This document shows, piece by piece, positions 25,400 through 39,949 of a stretch of DNA of 64,000 bases (its first letter is position 1; each line of letters begins with the position of its first letter). The notes beneath the pieces were generated by a model. That model made no database searches. It was not told the DNA's origin and was given only the letters and a program-made list of their open reading frames with translations. The stretch spans positions 96,722,001-96,786,000 of the forward strand of contig NC_087472.1 in assembly GCF_036321535.1 (NCBI RefSeq). Direction: 5' to 3'. Position numbers and translations under genes: made by a program. This DNA comes from Camelus dromedarius. Taxonomy: Eukaryota.

Positions 25400-27337
25400 C
25401 AGCATCAAAAATAAGCAAGTGAGGCTACATCAAACTAAAAACCTCTGCACGGCAAAAAAAAAAAATCAACCTACAGAATGGGAAAAAATATTTGCAAACC
25501 ATGTATCTGATAAGGGATTAATAGCCAAAATATATAAATATACATACAATTCAATAGCAGAAAAACTAATAACCCAATTTAAAAATGGGAAAAGGACCTG
25601 AATAGACATTTCTCCAAAGAAGATATACAAAAGGCTAGAAGATATATGAAAAGATGCTCAACATCACAAGTCATTAGGAAAATATAAATTAAAGCCACAA
25701 TGAGATACCATCTCACTCCTGTTACAATGGCCATCATCAAAAGGGCAAGAGATAAATGCTGGCGTGGATATGGAGAAAACAGAACCCTTGTTCACTGTTG
25801 GTAGGACTGTAAATTGATGCAGCCACTGTGAAAAACAGTATGGTGGTTTCTCAAAAAATTCAAAATAGAACTACCATATGGTCCAGCAATTCCACTTCTG
25901 GGAATATATCAAAAGGAAACAAAAGCACTAACTTGAAAAGGTATCTGCACCCCCATGTTCATAGCTGTGTTATTTACAATAGCCAAGACAAGGAGACAAG
26001 CTAAGTGTCTACTGATGGATGAATGGATAAAGAAGTTGTGGTATATATATATATATGTATATATATATAGTGAAATATTGTTCAGGCATAAAAAATGAAG
26101 AAATCCTACCATTTGCAACAACATGGATGGACCTTGAGGTCATTATGCTAAGTGAAATAAGTCAGACAGAAAAAGACAAATACTGTATGATCTCACTTGT
26201 ATGTGGAATCTAAAAGCAAGCAAATAAAAAAACCAAACTTGTAGAAAAAGTGATCGGACTTGTGGTTATCATAGTTGGAGGAAGGTGGGAGGGAGGAGGA
26301 ATTGGAGGAAGGTGGTCAAAAGGTACACATTTTCAGTTATAAATAAGTACTAGACATGTAATGTACAACATGATGACTATAGATAACACTCTTGTACAAT
26401 ATATAGGAAAGTTGTTGAGAGAGTTAATCTTAAGAATTCTCATCACAAGGAGAAAATTTTTTCTTTTTTTTCAATGTTTTTATATTTTTATTGAAGTATA
26501 GTCGGCTTACAGTGTGTCAGTTTCTGGTGTACAGCCCAATACTTCAGTTATATAGGAACATACATATATTCATTTTTATATTCTCTTTCACTGTAAGTTA
26601 CAAGATATTGAATATAGGCCCCTGTGCCATACAATATAAACTTATTGTTTATCTGTTGGTTTTTTTAATATATTAGTATCTGCAAATCTCGAACTCCCAA
26701 TTTATCCCTTCCCACCCTGGTAACCATAAGTTTGTTTTCTATGTCTGTGAGTCTGTTTCTGTTTTGTAAATAAGTTCTTTTGTCTTTTTTTTTTTTAGAT
26801 TCCACATATAAGTGATATCGTATAGTATTTTTCTTTCTCTTTCTGGCTTACTTCACTTAGAATGACATTCTCCAGGACCATCCATGTTGCTGCAAATGAC
26901 ATTGTTTTATTATTTTCTGTGGCTGAGAAGTACTCCATTGTGTAAATACACCACAACTTCTTTATCCAGTTATCTGTTGATGGACACTTAGGTTGCTTCC
27001 ATGTCTTGGCTATTGTAAATAGTGCTGCTATGAACATTGGGGTGCATGTGTCTTTTTGAATTAAGGTTCCCCCTGGATATATGCCCAGGAGTGGGATTGC
27101 TGGATCATATGGTAAGTCTGTTTTTAGTTTTTTGAGGAATCTCCATACTGTTTTCCATAATGGCTGCACCAAACTCTTTTATTTTCTTTTTTAAAAATTG
27201 TATCTATATGAGAAGATAGACATTCGTTGAACCTATTGTGGTAATCATTTTACAGTATATGTAAATCAAACCATCATGCTGTACATCTTAAATTTATATA
27301 ATGATGTGTCAGTTATTTCTCAATAAAACTGGAAAAA
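25400..27337 (+). mobile_element. Older L1 3' portion (ORF2 end + 3'UTR) interrupted by a younger antisense L1
   Basis: ORF2-like NQPTEWEKIFANHVSDKGLI; 3'UTR resumes at ~27175 and ends ctcaataaaactggaaaaa. Confidence 0.85.
26462..27172 (-). mobile_element. Younger 5'-truncated L1 (open ORF2 C-terminus + 3'UTR) nested in older L1
   Basis: ORF 26795..27172 [32 protein letters not shown]...ISLICGI is a typical L1 ORF2 C-terminus. Confidence 0.9.
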
Positions 27338-29742
27338 TGCATTAAAATTCAAGAAAACGTTAAATTTAAAAAGCAAACGAGTTGAGATATAAAATAAAAG
27401 ATGAAAGTGAGTGAGAATATTCAGTAAGAACATAAAAGAACATCTGAATTAAAAAACAGTAGAAGGCTGTGAGATGAAAAATGAAATATGTGAAAAGTAG
27501 ATAGGATTACAGGTTGAAAGCAGGAATTGAGAATTAAAATGGTCAACACACGGCATTATATCTAATGAGGATGAAATAGGGGACAGTATGAACCCAAAAT
27601 GTTTGGATGATGGAGTAGGAAAAGGGGTGGGGCACCAGCTATTGCCAGTAAGGAAGGGAATCTGAAACACAGTTGGGGCAGGGCCAGCCAGCTGGCTCAG
27701 TGGAAAGTCCCCAGTTTAAGCAGCATTGTCAGTAAGTTGTGTCAGACCCAGAGGGCAGAGAGCATTGAGTTGGCACTTCCAGATACCAGCAGCCTCGTAG
27801 GCCCTCTCCAGGGGCCACCCTTACTGTCAGCAGTGGCTTACACTAACCTTTATTCTGGAAGCAAAAGAAATTAGTGGCAATATTGCCTTGAAAATAATAC
27901 CTTTCAAGTATTTCACTTAATGCTTCAGGGTGTGTGAATTATTTTTAAACCAGTTAAAGTAATAACCACTCTTTTAAAAAAAATAGCTTCTAGCTTTTTA
28001 TTTGCTTCTACAATACAGGAATTTCCTTTTTTGGTGTGTGACTCCAGGCATACATTTCAACAGATCTTTTTAGGTTTTATCCAGCATTATATGTTTTGTG
28101 AGGATTACAGAATAGCCTAGTCTTTCATATTACAGGCACTGTAATCTTAGGAATATGATTTCCATGGTGCTGAATCATGCCTAAGTAGTTAGAGCAAGTC
28201 AATAGCTCATTTATTTTTCTCCTCTCTTTTGTCCATTCACTTAGGCAATAAACAGTTATTGAGCATTTCTTTTGTGCTAGGCACAGTTAAGGGCACTAGA
28301 AATATAGGATAAGACACAGCCCCATCCTGAAAGGACTTCCATCTTGGTAGGGAGAACTTGGTAGACATAAACAAACGGGTAAGTGAGAAAAGAAAATCAG
28401 TAAATCTCCCTGCTCTTTGGTAGTTCTATAGAAAGACAAAGCAAATATAGAACATTCTAGCCAGAGGAAGCAGCATGTGAGAACCCATGATTCTGGGAAG
28501 CAGCATGAGAGAAATATTGAGAGTTCAAGTTTTGTGGGAAAAGGCAAAAGGACAGAGAGATGAAGTTAAGAAGGTGGTTGAGGTCAGATCATAAATGAGC
28601 CCTGTTTGTCTCACATAAAAATCCTAGGTAATAAATACCAAAAGATCTCAAATAAGGATATAGAAGATAATCAGGTTTGCAGTTTAGAAAGATCATTCTT
28701 TCGCAGTGTGGTGGTTCAAGTCATCAGAGGGCCTGATGAATTAAGCTGTTGAAACAATCCAGGAAAGAAGCAAGGGCCCAAGGGAAGATTGTACTGGAGG
28801 GCATAGAGAAGAGAGAGTGACTTGAGGCCATTTAGTAGGCAGAATTAACAGGACTTAATGGCCAGTGGGATGGGGGTGGTGCTGAAGATGACCTCAGAGT
28901 TTCTGATTGGGTTGTCCTGGATGGAATTACCATTCCTGAGAGAAGTAGAGGAAGAGGGGGCATATCTGAGGGAAAGATGCTAGGTGGTGAACTGCTGTGT
29001 AATACATTTTTAAAATGTATTATTTTTTGAAAAGCTTTCATGATTCCACAGCACACATCCACCCATCAGGCCTAGTGTGGACTCAGAGGCACAGACAGGA
29101 TCCTGATGACTTGGTTTTTGGTGTGTTTGGTCTGGGGACCCTGTGTCCCATCCAAGTGGGAATGTCCAGAAATAATAGGATAAGCGAGTTGGGAGCTTGG
29201 GAGGGAACTCTGCGCTGGAGCTGCATATCTGGGAGTCACTGGCTTTGTGTCGAAGCCATGGGCATGAGTGACCCAGTCAGAGAGAGCAAAGCACAGAAAG
29301 AGACGAGTTCGGGAACTGAGATCAGGGGAGACCAGATCTGGATGGGAATGGAAAGGGAGAGCTGAAAGTTTGATTAGTAGAATTACAGGAAGAATCTTCA
29401 CTCTGTTCAGGGAATCACTAGGTGGGATCGTTTAAAACTCCTTCCCTTGTTGTTATTGATGATTGTGTGTGTGTATCTTTTATTTCACTTGAAAGGCTAA
29501 GTAGAAAAACCTCAGGAACTACTGTCTTTTAGGAATTAGAATAAAGGTGACCTGAAACTTTAAGTTCGTGAGAACATGTTTTTTAGGTTCTGATTCCCAT
29601 AAGACTTCAAGAATACATTTATTTCTCATAAAGTGCAATAAGCCTTTCAAGACAGGAGTGGCTGAGGTCACAAATGTGCTCACATTATGTACATTCAGTT
29701 TGTAGCCTTGAGAGAAGACTTAAGATGGCTTCTGTGTTTCAG

Positions 29743-29850
29743 GTAATTCAGAGGTCTGTGGGGCCGGCCAGCCTGAGTCTGCTCACCTTCAAAGTCTATG
29801 CGTCACCAAAAAAGGACTCACCTCACAAGGCTTCTGTGAAAGTTAATGAG
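29743..29850 (+). CDS. APOO: APOO coding exon 2 ([36 protein letters not shown]), 108 nt
   Basis: tttcag| acceptor, |gtaaca donor, phase 0-0, peptide visible in ORF 29674..29925. Confidence 0.96.
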
Positions 29851-30949
29851 GTAACATGTTGTGATATATTTTCAATGTCTGATTTAGTTACTATAGGAAG
29901 TATACACATTGAATATCAATTCTGAAGATACGTTTTTTATAGTTTGTTTTTCTTTGTGGGAAGCCTCTAAACTATGGCTTTTTCAATTGATAAACTTTAA
30001 TTAATGGTACTTAGCTAAGGGCATAATTAAGGAATATTTCCTAGATTTTTTTAGTGGAGAATCTGCTGTGTCCTAGTAGATTGTAAGCACAACTCACTTC
30101 TAAGTGATCTGCCCGATTCTAGACTGCTTATCAAGCCAGGAAAACATATGTTTTTCCCTCTCCTAGGAAATTAAAGACCTGGGCTCATTCTGCTTCTTGG
30201 CTGGATTAGAGGCTCATAAGTAGATGCTTAATAAATACTAAGTAAAGAAAACAAGAAATTGTCTCTCCATTGTTGACATTCTTTTTCGTCTATACTTCTC
30301 ACTGATTATTTTGGATATCTGGTTTCTTTTGACTTTGAGTAAGTGTCATAAAGGTCTACCTCCAGTCATGGCTATGGTTACTTATGTGGTGCTTACCTAA
30401 AACTAAATACCTTACTTCTTTGCCCTTTACTCTCTTCTTCTCAGGCTTTGGGACAGTGGTATTTTTAAGGGTGAAGAAGGCAGCCAGTGGTGGCTGTGAA
30501 GTGTCACCAGTCTGTGTTGGGAGCAAACCTCTCCGGCTTTGGTTAGCACTAGACTGCTCATTAGAACTATGTCACATGCTTTTTAGTTACTCTCAAGCTT
30601 TTTTTCCTACCCTTCCTCCCACTCACCCTTTAGAGTAATAGAATCCTTCCAAACTAAATCTAAGGGGGAATATCAAATACCAATGTATAAAACGTGTCAA
30701 GGAAGACTGCTTTGTCTGCTACCAGTAGGTTGGTGGGAGGCTAGGGCACCTCATAGCCCTACTCTCTTGGCCTGATTGATTAAGGAAATAAGCAAGGTGC
30801 CAAGATCCTCTGAAGCAAGGTGCACATAATCCTTGGTCACTGTAATTCATGAATTATTAGAGATACAATGCTTACAAATTTGATAATGATTATGTTATCT
30901 CATTCCTGTGTACACTTTTTGATTTTTGTTTTTTTTTTAATCTATACAG

Positions 30950-31069
30950 CTTTCACTCTACTCCGTTCCTGAGGGGCAGTCTAAATATGTGGAAGAGCCA
31001 AGGACCCAACTTGAAGAAAGCATCTCCCATCTCCGACATTATTGTGAGCCATATACAAATTGGTGTCAG
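30950..31069 (+). CDS. APOO: APOO coding exon 3 ([40 protein letters not shown]), 120 nt
   Basis: long polypyrimidine tract + tacag| acceptor, |gtacag donor, open in frame. Confidence 0.96.
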
Positions 31070-32340
31070 GTACAGCTGTTCTGAAAATGGAATGAGTGCA
31101 TTTCTGTTGAAGTCAGTAGTGAAAAGTCTGTATTGGCTGATTATTTTCAGAAAAAGGCAGTATAAAGGGCCCTGCCTTAAGAGTGCCCAACTTAAAAATG
31201 CTCATCAGTCCCATCTCTGGGGGCGGGGTAGGGTGGGGAGCAGAGAGCCCTAGCTTCCTGTTGGTGACTGTTGCCACAGCCACAGAGAGAATTTCCTTCT
31301 CACTGAATAGCATGTGGCACCTTGACTAGAAAGCAGAGGACTGGTACCTATCTTGTTGGTCACAACTAAGAAAACATCACCCACAAGGGGAGGATATGGG
31401 GCTGGATGTAAACATTTATATCAAAATTAGAAAGTTTCCCTCCCTACAGAGATATTACAGCTCAGTACCACTTTAAACTGGAATGGGTTCAGAGCTTTTT
31501 GAATGCTGTAATAGGAGGGTACATAACTAGAAACGGGTGGAATTACATACTTGAGTGATCAAAGAACTAAATATGCAGATTGACTTCTACTGCTTAGGTT
31601 TTAGATCAGGCATTTGTCCTTCTGTTCATGAAGGCATGTCTGTGATTTTTAACATCTGAAACCGAAGTTTACAGTCTATAGAACGCTTTTGTGGGCTTTG
31701 ATACACGTATTTGCCGTACTTGATTTTGATTTTAAAAGTTGATGACGGAATAAAAGTATGAGTGTGGTGTGGTCTAGATTTATTTTGCTTGAGATTTATA
31801 AGCTTAATTTTTATCTAGAACTTGTTTTAAAATTTTTAATTTCCTCTATCTGTGCCAGTGCTGAAGTTTTGTTCACCAATTTAGAAAGAAAATAATAAGC
31901 ATAGACTCTGTCAGCTGTGTAAATTAGACCATTATACTTCAGTATCTTGACTGTATTACTGAGTCTTGAAATACCTAAAGACTTTATATATAATGTGTTG
32001 TAACTCACTTAGACTTTATTCTCTTGTTCTAGAAGATTTTTAAACCATCTGCTGGTGGTTAAGGTCAGCACATTTGCAAATATTTTTGTGTCATGTAGAT
32101 ATGACTACTGTTATTTCTCTTTGTTTTTGGAGGGCGGGGATTATAAAAGTTCTTTGTCTTTTTACCTTTCAACCTAAGGTTGATTTTTGTTTTTTACTTT
32201 GTCGCCTGTGCATGACACTCAGTGCAGCAAAATACCCCTTTACCTGATAGAATAGTTATTACATATTTGTTTGTACTACTTCTAAATAAAAACACTTTCT
32301 TTGTGATTATACTGTTTTCATTTTCCTATAGATTGAAGTC

Positions 32341-32434
32341 TTTTTTCCCCCTTAACAGAGGCACTGGGGATTGAACCCGGGACCTTGTGCACACCAAGCA
32401 CATGTTTTACCACTGAGCCATACTCCCCACCCCC
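32341..32434 (-). mobile_element. tRNA-Ala-derived SINE (vic-1-like)
   Basis: ggggattgaacccgggacc...taccactgagccatactcccc; imperfect TSD gatt(g/t)aagt. Confidence 0.8.
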
Positions 32435-33423
32435 GATTTAAGTTTTGATAAATGAAAATATTTTTAATTCCTTGCTCCTTTTTAAGGCCTACAAGTTCTA
32501 GTCTCTTTCTTTAAGAACTAATTTAATTTTTCTTCATGATAAACAGATTATGCTAGCAAAAGAAGTGGGCAGTCACTCTAGACATTGATCTGCAGTTTTT
32601 CTTTTTTTATGGGCAGAAAAAATTAATAATGGATTTTAATGAGACATATGCAGTTTTTGTAATGTTCTTTATGTCCTCCACCAAATTCAGCATTTAATAT
32701 TTTAGGCCATTTTTAACAGTACTAGGGTAACTTGCTCTGACTTGAACTGAATTAAATAAAACAAATCCTTTTCCAAGTGGCAACTGGTTCTGTTACCTTC
32801 TGATACCCACGTATCTCTTTTCCCAGCCTTACTGTAGACTTCTTGAATGTGGGTCCCTTCTTTTCTTTAGGATCATCTGTTGTTCTTATACAAAGCCTTT
32901 GTTGTTGTTGTTGTTGTTAAAAGAATGTTAGCACTTCATTTGCTTCAGGATTGTGGTGTTTCTCCAAACCTGCATATAGACTCCTTTGTCCCATTAAAGC
33001 TGGTCATTCCTGCTTCAAATGGACAGTTTTCAGATATAGGCTCTAAAATCCAGGCAAATCAGGAAATAGACTTAATATGAAAGATTTAATCTCAAATAGA
33101 AAGGATTTCCACTTAAATTTTCAAGGGGATTGATTTTTGTCCATTTTCTTCAATTTTAATAGAAGACCAAAAGGGCTGGGTTGTTGAAACCACTTCACTT
33201 GAAATCTTTGCTTCCTGTGGCAATAATAAGCTGTTCTGCTGAGGAGTTTGCGGTGAAGGAGAAATTACAAAAGAATAAACAACACAAAAAACCCCAGATA
33301 GACAGTATATCCCTTTGTTCAAAAAGTGTTAGTAATATGATAATTTATTCAGTAAAGACAAATATATTTATTGTTACTTTCTAATCAGTAAATGCTACTC
33401 ATTGATTTTTTTAATCTTTTTAG

Positions 33424-33478
33424 GAAATGTACTCCCAAACTAAGCCCAAGATGCAAAATTTGGTTCAATGGGGGTTAG
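33424..33478 (+). CDS. APOO: APOO coding exon 4 (EMYSQTKPKMQNLVQWGL), 55 nt
   Basis: tttttag| acceptor, |gtaagt donor, phase 0-1. Confidence 0.95.
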
Positions 33479-36424
33479 GTAAGTTGATTTTTAATTAAGC
33501 ATAATCAGTTTGTTTGACATTAAACTCTTTAACTGGGATTCCATGGATGGGCTCCAGGAGATCTGTGAATTCCTTAACATTATATGCAGAATTAAGAGCT
33601 ATTTGGATTTTTCTGGAAAGAGGATCAATTTTTTTCATCCGATTACAGAGAACTAGTGTCCCCAAATACTCAGGTAAGTCTCTTCAGGATCATTAGGATT
33701 TTTGGCCTAGTAAGTGTGGATTTACTGGATTTTCTGTCTTTAAATCTATTTCCAGGTGCATGTTTTAACTCATCAATAGGTTTTCAGAATCAGGATAGCT
33801 CATTTGCACGGCTATTAACACATAGAAGTTTAGAGGCAGGAAGGAACTGGGCTGGTAGACCTGAGAAAGGCTTTATTACATAATTATTAGTGTTCTTACA
33901 TTTTTCCTTTGTTTTTAATTGCTTTTGATTGTTTTTCACATCCACTTAACACATACACTCATAGGGTGGGTTCATAGTCTGTTCTAACTAGTTTCAGGAA
34001 CTGGTGAATTAATAGACATAGATCATATTTCATTCCCCTTATTGGGCATCTCAGCCAGTCAACTTCTTGTTTATACAGTTGTTTGTTTCCGTGACAGTAT
34101 AAAATAAATAAACGTGAGTGTAATTTATTTCTTTGTGAAGATCGTCATAGAGTATTGATGTGCAGATACCGCAAAACTACCAGATAAATTTTTCATTTGA
34201 AGACAGACATGTTAGTAGCTTACCAGTTCTTTAAATTATTCATGTATGTTAATTAACATCTTAATTTTATAAATATTTATTTAGTGCTTATTATGTGTCA
34301 GGAACTAGTCTAAGTGCTTTAAAAATATTAATTTATGTATAATCCCCATAACAACTCTGACAGGTACTTTTACCTTCATGTTTTACCTGAGGAAGCTAAA
34401 GAACTCCTGATCTTTTATTTATATATGTGACTGAGGTGGTCGCTTCATTGTCCCCTCTCATTTCCCATTGAGTCATAGCAGTAGACATTATCTGCAATGT
34501 GAGTCTTTTTTTTTTTTTCCTTCTCTTGGACTCGTAGTTACTGTAAAGACTCTTAAGAAGAAACATTCCATTATGAGTTGCGTTGTTGTCTGCCAAGGCA
34601 ACTAGTCCATTTCCCAGCAGTCACAGCCAAGACATGTTACTAGAAGCTGGGCTTCAGCCTCATTGCAGTCTTCCAGCGTGTCTTCTTTCCCATTTCTTTG
34701 TGATTTACCCACTTTGGCTCAGCTTACCAAGGCTTCTGGATGTCCTTCTATCAGCTGCTCTGTGTGCGTGTCTAGAATTGAAAATACCATGCTGGTAGGC
34801 AAAGGGAAGTGGAAAGCTGCCTCAAATGACCCAGACAAGAAGATGAAAAGTTAAAATCAGGTTAAAGGCAAAATAAGTAAAAGTCCAGACAGGAATTAGT
34901 GCAAACAACACAAGCCCTATAGTAGTGTTTAAAATGACCACATTTCCTGAAGAACCCAAGAACAGGAAAATTGGCACATGTCTGGTATTATCTTGGGGAG
35001 AGAATTACTGAGTATTCAGTAATAAGTTCAGTTCCACTTACATTTGTTAAGTCACCATCATGGCAGGCATTGAAGAGAGAGAGAGAGGCTGGTTAAGAGA
35101 GTGGTCACAACCACTGAGCTGCATGTAATAAAGTATTCAGTACTAGGAGAAATACAGAGGTAGTCATGGACCACTATCAAAGATACAGAGGAAGGAGACT
35201 AGTTTAATAGAGACTGAGGACATGGGAGCAGTCAGGGAAGGAGTTCTGAGATGAGTCTTGAAGGAACAGAGCCACACAAAACGTGGGGGTGGGACTTGGG
35301 CAGCATTCCACTCAGAGGGCACGGCATGACCAAGGCTCGGAGTGGTGGTTCAGCGTTGGGTGTCCGGGAACTGAAAGCAGATAGGGAGTGTTGAAGATGA
35401 GGCTGAGAGACGTGAAGGCTTTTCAAGTCATGACCTGCCTGAAATCCATTGTTGATTAATTCAGTGTCCGTTAACTCCTAGCAGTGTTTTTAATAAATGT
35501 CTGTTGAGTGAACATCCACTATTTACCACTGGAGGAAAAATGGCATAGAAGTCTAAGCTGTCCACAATTAAGGGGCAGATATTCTCCTTGAGGAGACGTG
35601 AAATACACCCCTGAATAATTAAACACACGGGCTGTACAATTAGGTACCGAATGGTGGTACCGAGAATAAGTATAATGGGACTTTAGAAGAGAAAGAGGTG
35701 TGGACTGATGAGTGTAGGAAAGGCTTTTCTGAGGAGGTAGGACTTAAGCTGGCTCTTATTTGGTGGCATTGGCTCAGTGGAGAGGAGAGGAGGGGAGAGG
35801 GTAAGAGGCATCATGTGAATGAGGTCATAAGGCATGTTCAGGCATGGCAAATAGGCTCACGTGCTGCATTTATTTGTATTTATTTTACCTATTAACAGTG
35901 TCTGTTTCCCTCATATACTTGCACTACAAGTTTTCTTCATTATCCAGATTTACTCTGTTCTTGAGTTTGAATAATGAATTCACATGGCAAAGGATACATT
36001 TTTTTTCCTGAATCTAATGTTTTTGGTTCCTGAGTTTCAGAGCGTAGGCAACAAAGCTTCAGATAGTGACAGATCTATCTAAAGATTTATCCAAGTTTAT
36101 TCTGTTTCTAGGTTTGGGTAACAAGCAAGGGATCCCTGTATTTGTATTTCTCCCCTTATGAATAGTTGATTCAGATTTATTGCCTTCAGGAATATGAAGG
36201 TAATCTAACATTACTTTATTGTCAGAATGTTGTTAGACCAAAAACTTTGAAAATTGGGTACTTTCTCTGTGACTAGTAAATCATGTTTACATGTGCATAA
36301 AAAGAATGTGTTGAAAAAAGTCTATTAACAGAAAGCAAAAAATAGGCATATGTTAGATATTTTGTTCTTTTTATTTTTATTTTGAATTGGAATATGGTTG
36401 ATTTACATGTTTTATTTTTAATGA

Positions 36425-36586
<162 letters not shown>

Positions 36587-38766
36587 TAACAGTTCATAAG
36601 AGAGAGATAAGATATATATTTGGTTCTTTCTTTTTATCTACCAGTTTTCAGAATACTGAGTTGGTTCCTGGATATGTCCTTCTTAGTATGTAATTGACAT
36701 GATTGTTTTCTCCAGTATATTTGGTTTTAAGCATATATAGAAATTATTTTAAAAATAAAGTGAAAGAAATTATATACTCTTGGTTAAAGAAAGAAATTAG
36801 TTACCCTTTATAGGCACATTTACTTGGTCAAATTCCTATTGCCCTTTGGTACAGAAAGAGTGAACATTCTTTAACCAAAATCTGTCACACCTGAGAAATT
36901 GTTTCTGTTTCACTATTAAGATCAGGCTATTAATCATAGTAACTAGAACAGTGATTTCATAGAGATTTTATTAATTTCCTGATGTAGCTTCATTCAGTGA
37001 TGATATAAAAACTTTTAAAACACTTAAAATTAAAAACTAACACATATTAACTTAAAACATTACTGTACTTCACTGCTGGATTATAAAATGTTTATAGGAA
37101 ATAAAGGATGATAAAATACTTCACTATAATGAGATTATTATGAGTTACTTGAAGTTTCACTGATTATAAAATTCATACTTCACAAAAATCCCTAAAACCG
37201 GAAGACTGAACCTTGTGATCAGGTCCCCATAAAAGATAACTTTAGAGACTAGTTTGGTACCCAATTTCTCTGATATTAAAAACCTTTTCTGTAGATACCT
37301 TAACCATTCTTTTAGAATCTAGTGGAAAGCTGCCCTGGTACCAGTCCCTCAACCTGTGGAATAAATTCCTATTGTGGTTTCTGTGCCCTCCTCCTGTCTT
37401 GTGCAGAATATATAAGAATTAAATTTAGAGTTTATTTTTACTAATCAACTTGGGCAATAGTTGAACCAGCTTTTTTCCCCAAACTTCTTTCCCCTCCTTT
37501 CTTTAAAACTGTCCAGAAAAGCGTTCCTGTCTTGTTTAGATAGTGTTTAGAATTTATGAAGAACCCAAGGCCAGGGTGTTGGAATGTTGGCTGCAATTAA
37601 GGAGCCAGGAATGTGGAATCAAGTGAGATTAGCGTCTTTCTTCCTCTCCGTGGTTAGAGCACGTGGAAGAGTGGAACAGGCTTAAAGAAGGCTCTCCGTG
37701 CCGTACGTGCGTTTTACACTGTCAAGTGTTTATCTTCCCCGTATCCACTGGGGTGACCATCCTGAGGAGGATTGGCGACTGTGCTCTCCTGGGCAGAACA
37801 GCAGCATAAGGATACCCACTATGGTGGGTGGGTCCTAATCCTTTGTATTTTGTTTGCTTGTTTGTTTCTTTGTGCCTCTCTCTTTTTCCTTTTCCTAAGA
37901 GAGCTCAGTAGTATTAAAATAATTTAAAACCTTAATTCTTTTTCTGAAAAGTACACATGCACACATAGTCATGTGCACATACCAAGCAGCAGATCTCTTC
38001 CCGTGGGTGCTGAGGTACAAGGGCCTGAGGTACAACGTCGGGGGTGAGGGTGTCCCTAAGCAAGATGAGTAGGAGTGTAGGTATGTTTCTGGGTGGTCAG
38101 TGGTTTGCAGGCCCCTCCAGGTACATGATCCCCTATGCTGGCAGCAGTAGGATGGGCTCAGAAAGTCATTCCTGGGGGAGTTTCTTTTCTTTCTTTTTCA
38201 GCCTAACATTTCTTTTAATTTTATTTTTAAATAAACTTAGATATATTTAAGGTGTACAACATGATGTTTTGACATACATATACCTAGTGAAATGATTACT
38301 GGAATCAAGCTAATTAATATATCTTTTCACATAGTTGCCTTTTTTGTGTGTGAGAGCACCTGGAATCTCCTCTCTTAGTAAATGTCCAAGGTTCAGTGTT
38401 ACTAACTCTAGTCATCATGCCATACATTAGATCTCTAGATTTATTCATCCTGTATTGCTGCAGCTTTGTACCTTTGACCAACATCTCCCCGTTTCCCCCA
38501 CCTCCCCACTCCTGATAACCACCCTTCTACTATCTGCTTTTATATATTTGACTTTTTTAGATTCTACATATCAGTGAGAATGGTTCCCTAGGGCTGGGGG
38601 TGATGGAGGAACTGGGGGGTAACTCCTAATGGATGTGAGGTTTCTTTTTGGATGATGAAAATATTCTAAAATTGATTGTGGTGATGGCTGTGCACTCTGT
38701 CAATACACGAAAAGCCATTGAATGGTACACTTTAGATGGTGAGTTGTGTGAATTATATCTCCCTAA

Positions 38767-39024
<258 letters not shown>

Positions 39025-39574
39025 TAGACCCAGTAAGCTAAGATGTTTCTCATACTGTATGGGTTTACTGCTTAATTTTATTTTATTTTGCAGCATTTGT
39101 CACACTAGACTAAAATTTGTTGGTACAGAATGAACTATAGCAAATTTTAATGTTTTTCTCCAATATGTACCTCAGTTCTGGCTCTCCTTCCAATGTCAGT
39201 ATTCAGAAAACACATGCTAATTTGAATATTAATCAAAGAAAATTTAAGATACCTTTTTTCCATAATTACATGGAAGTCTAGAGACTCAAATTCCAAAGCT
39301 GATAGTTATGGGCCATTCTCAGTTTGGGCATATCTGGTCCTTGGAGTTGCAGGCATGGGCCTGTGCTCTGGCCCTCTGTGCCTTCTCCCTCATCCTGGTG
39401 CCAGCCTCTCTATCCTTGCTGGGGACTTCAGGGAGTGCAGTCCGCTCTGCTGGGAACACCCTTCTCAGGGCTGTCACTTGGCCACTCCTTTCAGTAGTTT
39501 TCCTTCAGGCCTCAGCTTGATGGCATCCTGGCAAGTAGAACACAGAGTCAGGGACACGGGTAAAGCCGATGCCT

Positions 39575-39949
39575 GAGTCAGCTTGAGCTGCCATAACAAA
39601 ATACCACAGACTGTGAGGCTTAAATAACAAGTGTGTTTTCTCACAGTTCTGGAGACTGAAAGTCCAAGATCAAGGTGTCAGCAGGGTTGGTTTCTCCTGA
39701 GGCCTCTCTCCTTGGTTTGCAGATGGCCACCTTCTCAGTGTGTTCTCACACAGCCTTGTCACTGTGCACACACATCCCTCGTGTATCATCCTTGTCTTGT
39801 AATGACACCATTTATATCGAATTAGAGCCCCACCCTATGACTTCATTTAACCTTAATTACCTTTTTAAAGGCCTTGTCTCCACATATAGTCACATGGTGG
39901 GTTAGGGCTTCAACATACAAATTTGGGGGACACAGTTCAGTCCATAACA
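39575..39949. mobile_element. MaLR LTR (MLT1A/MST-like)
   Basis: gctgccataacaaaataccacagact...ggggacacagttcagtccataaca. Confidence 0.8.

Noticed and set aside
26795..27172. 125-aa ORF as a host gene
   Set aside because: L1 ORF2 C-terminal remnant in a 5'-truncated element
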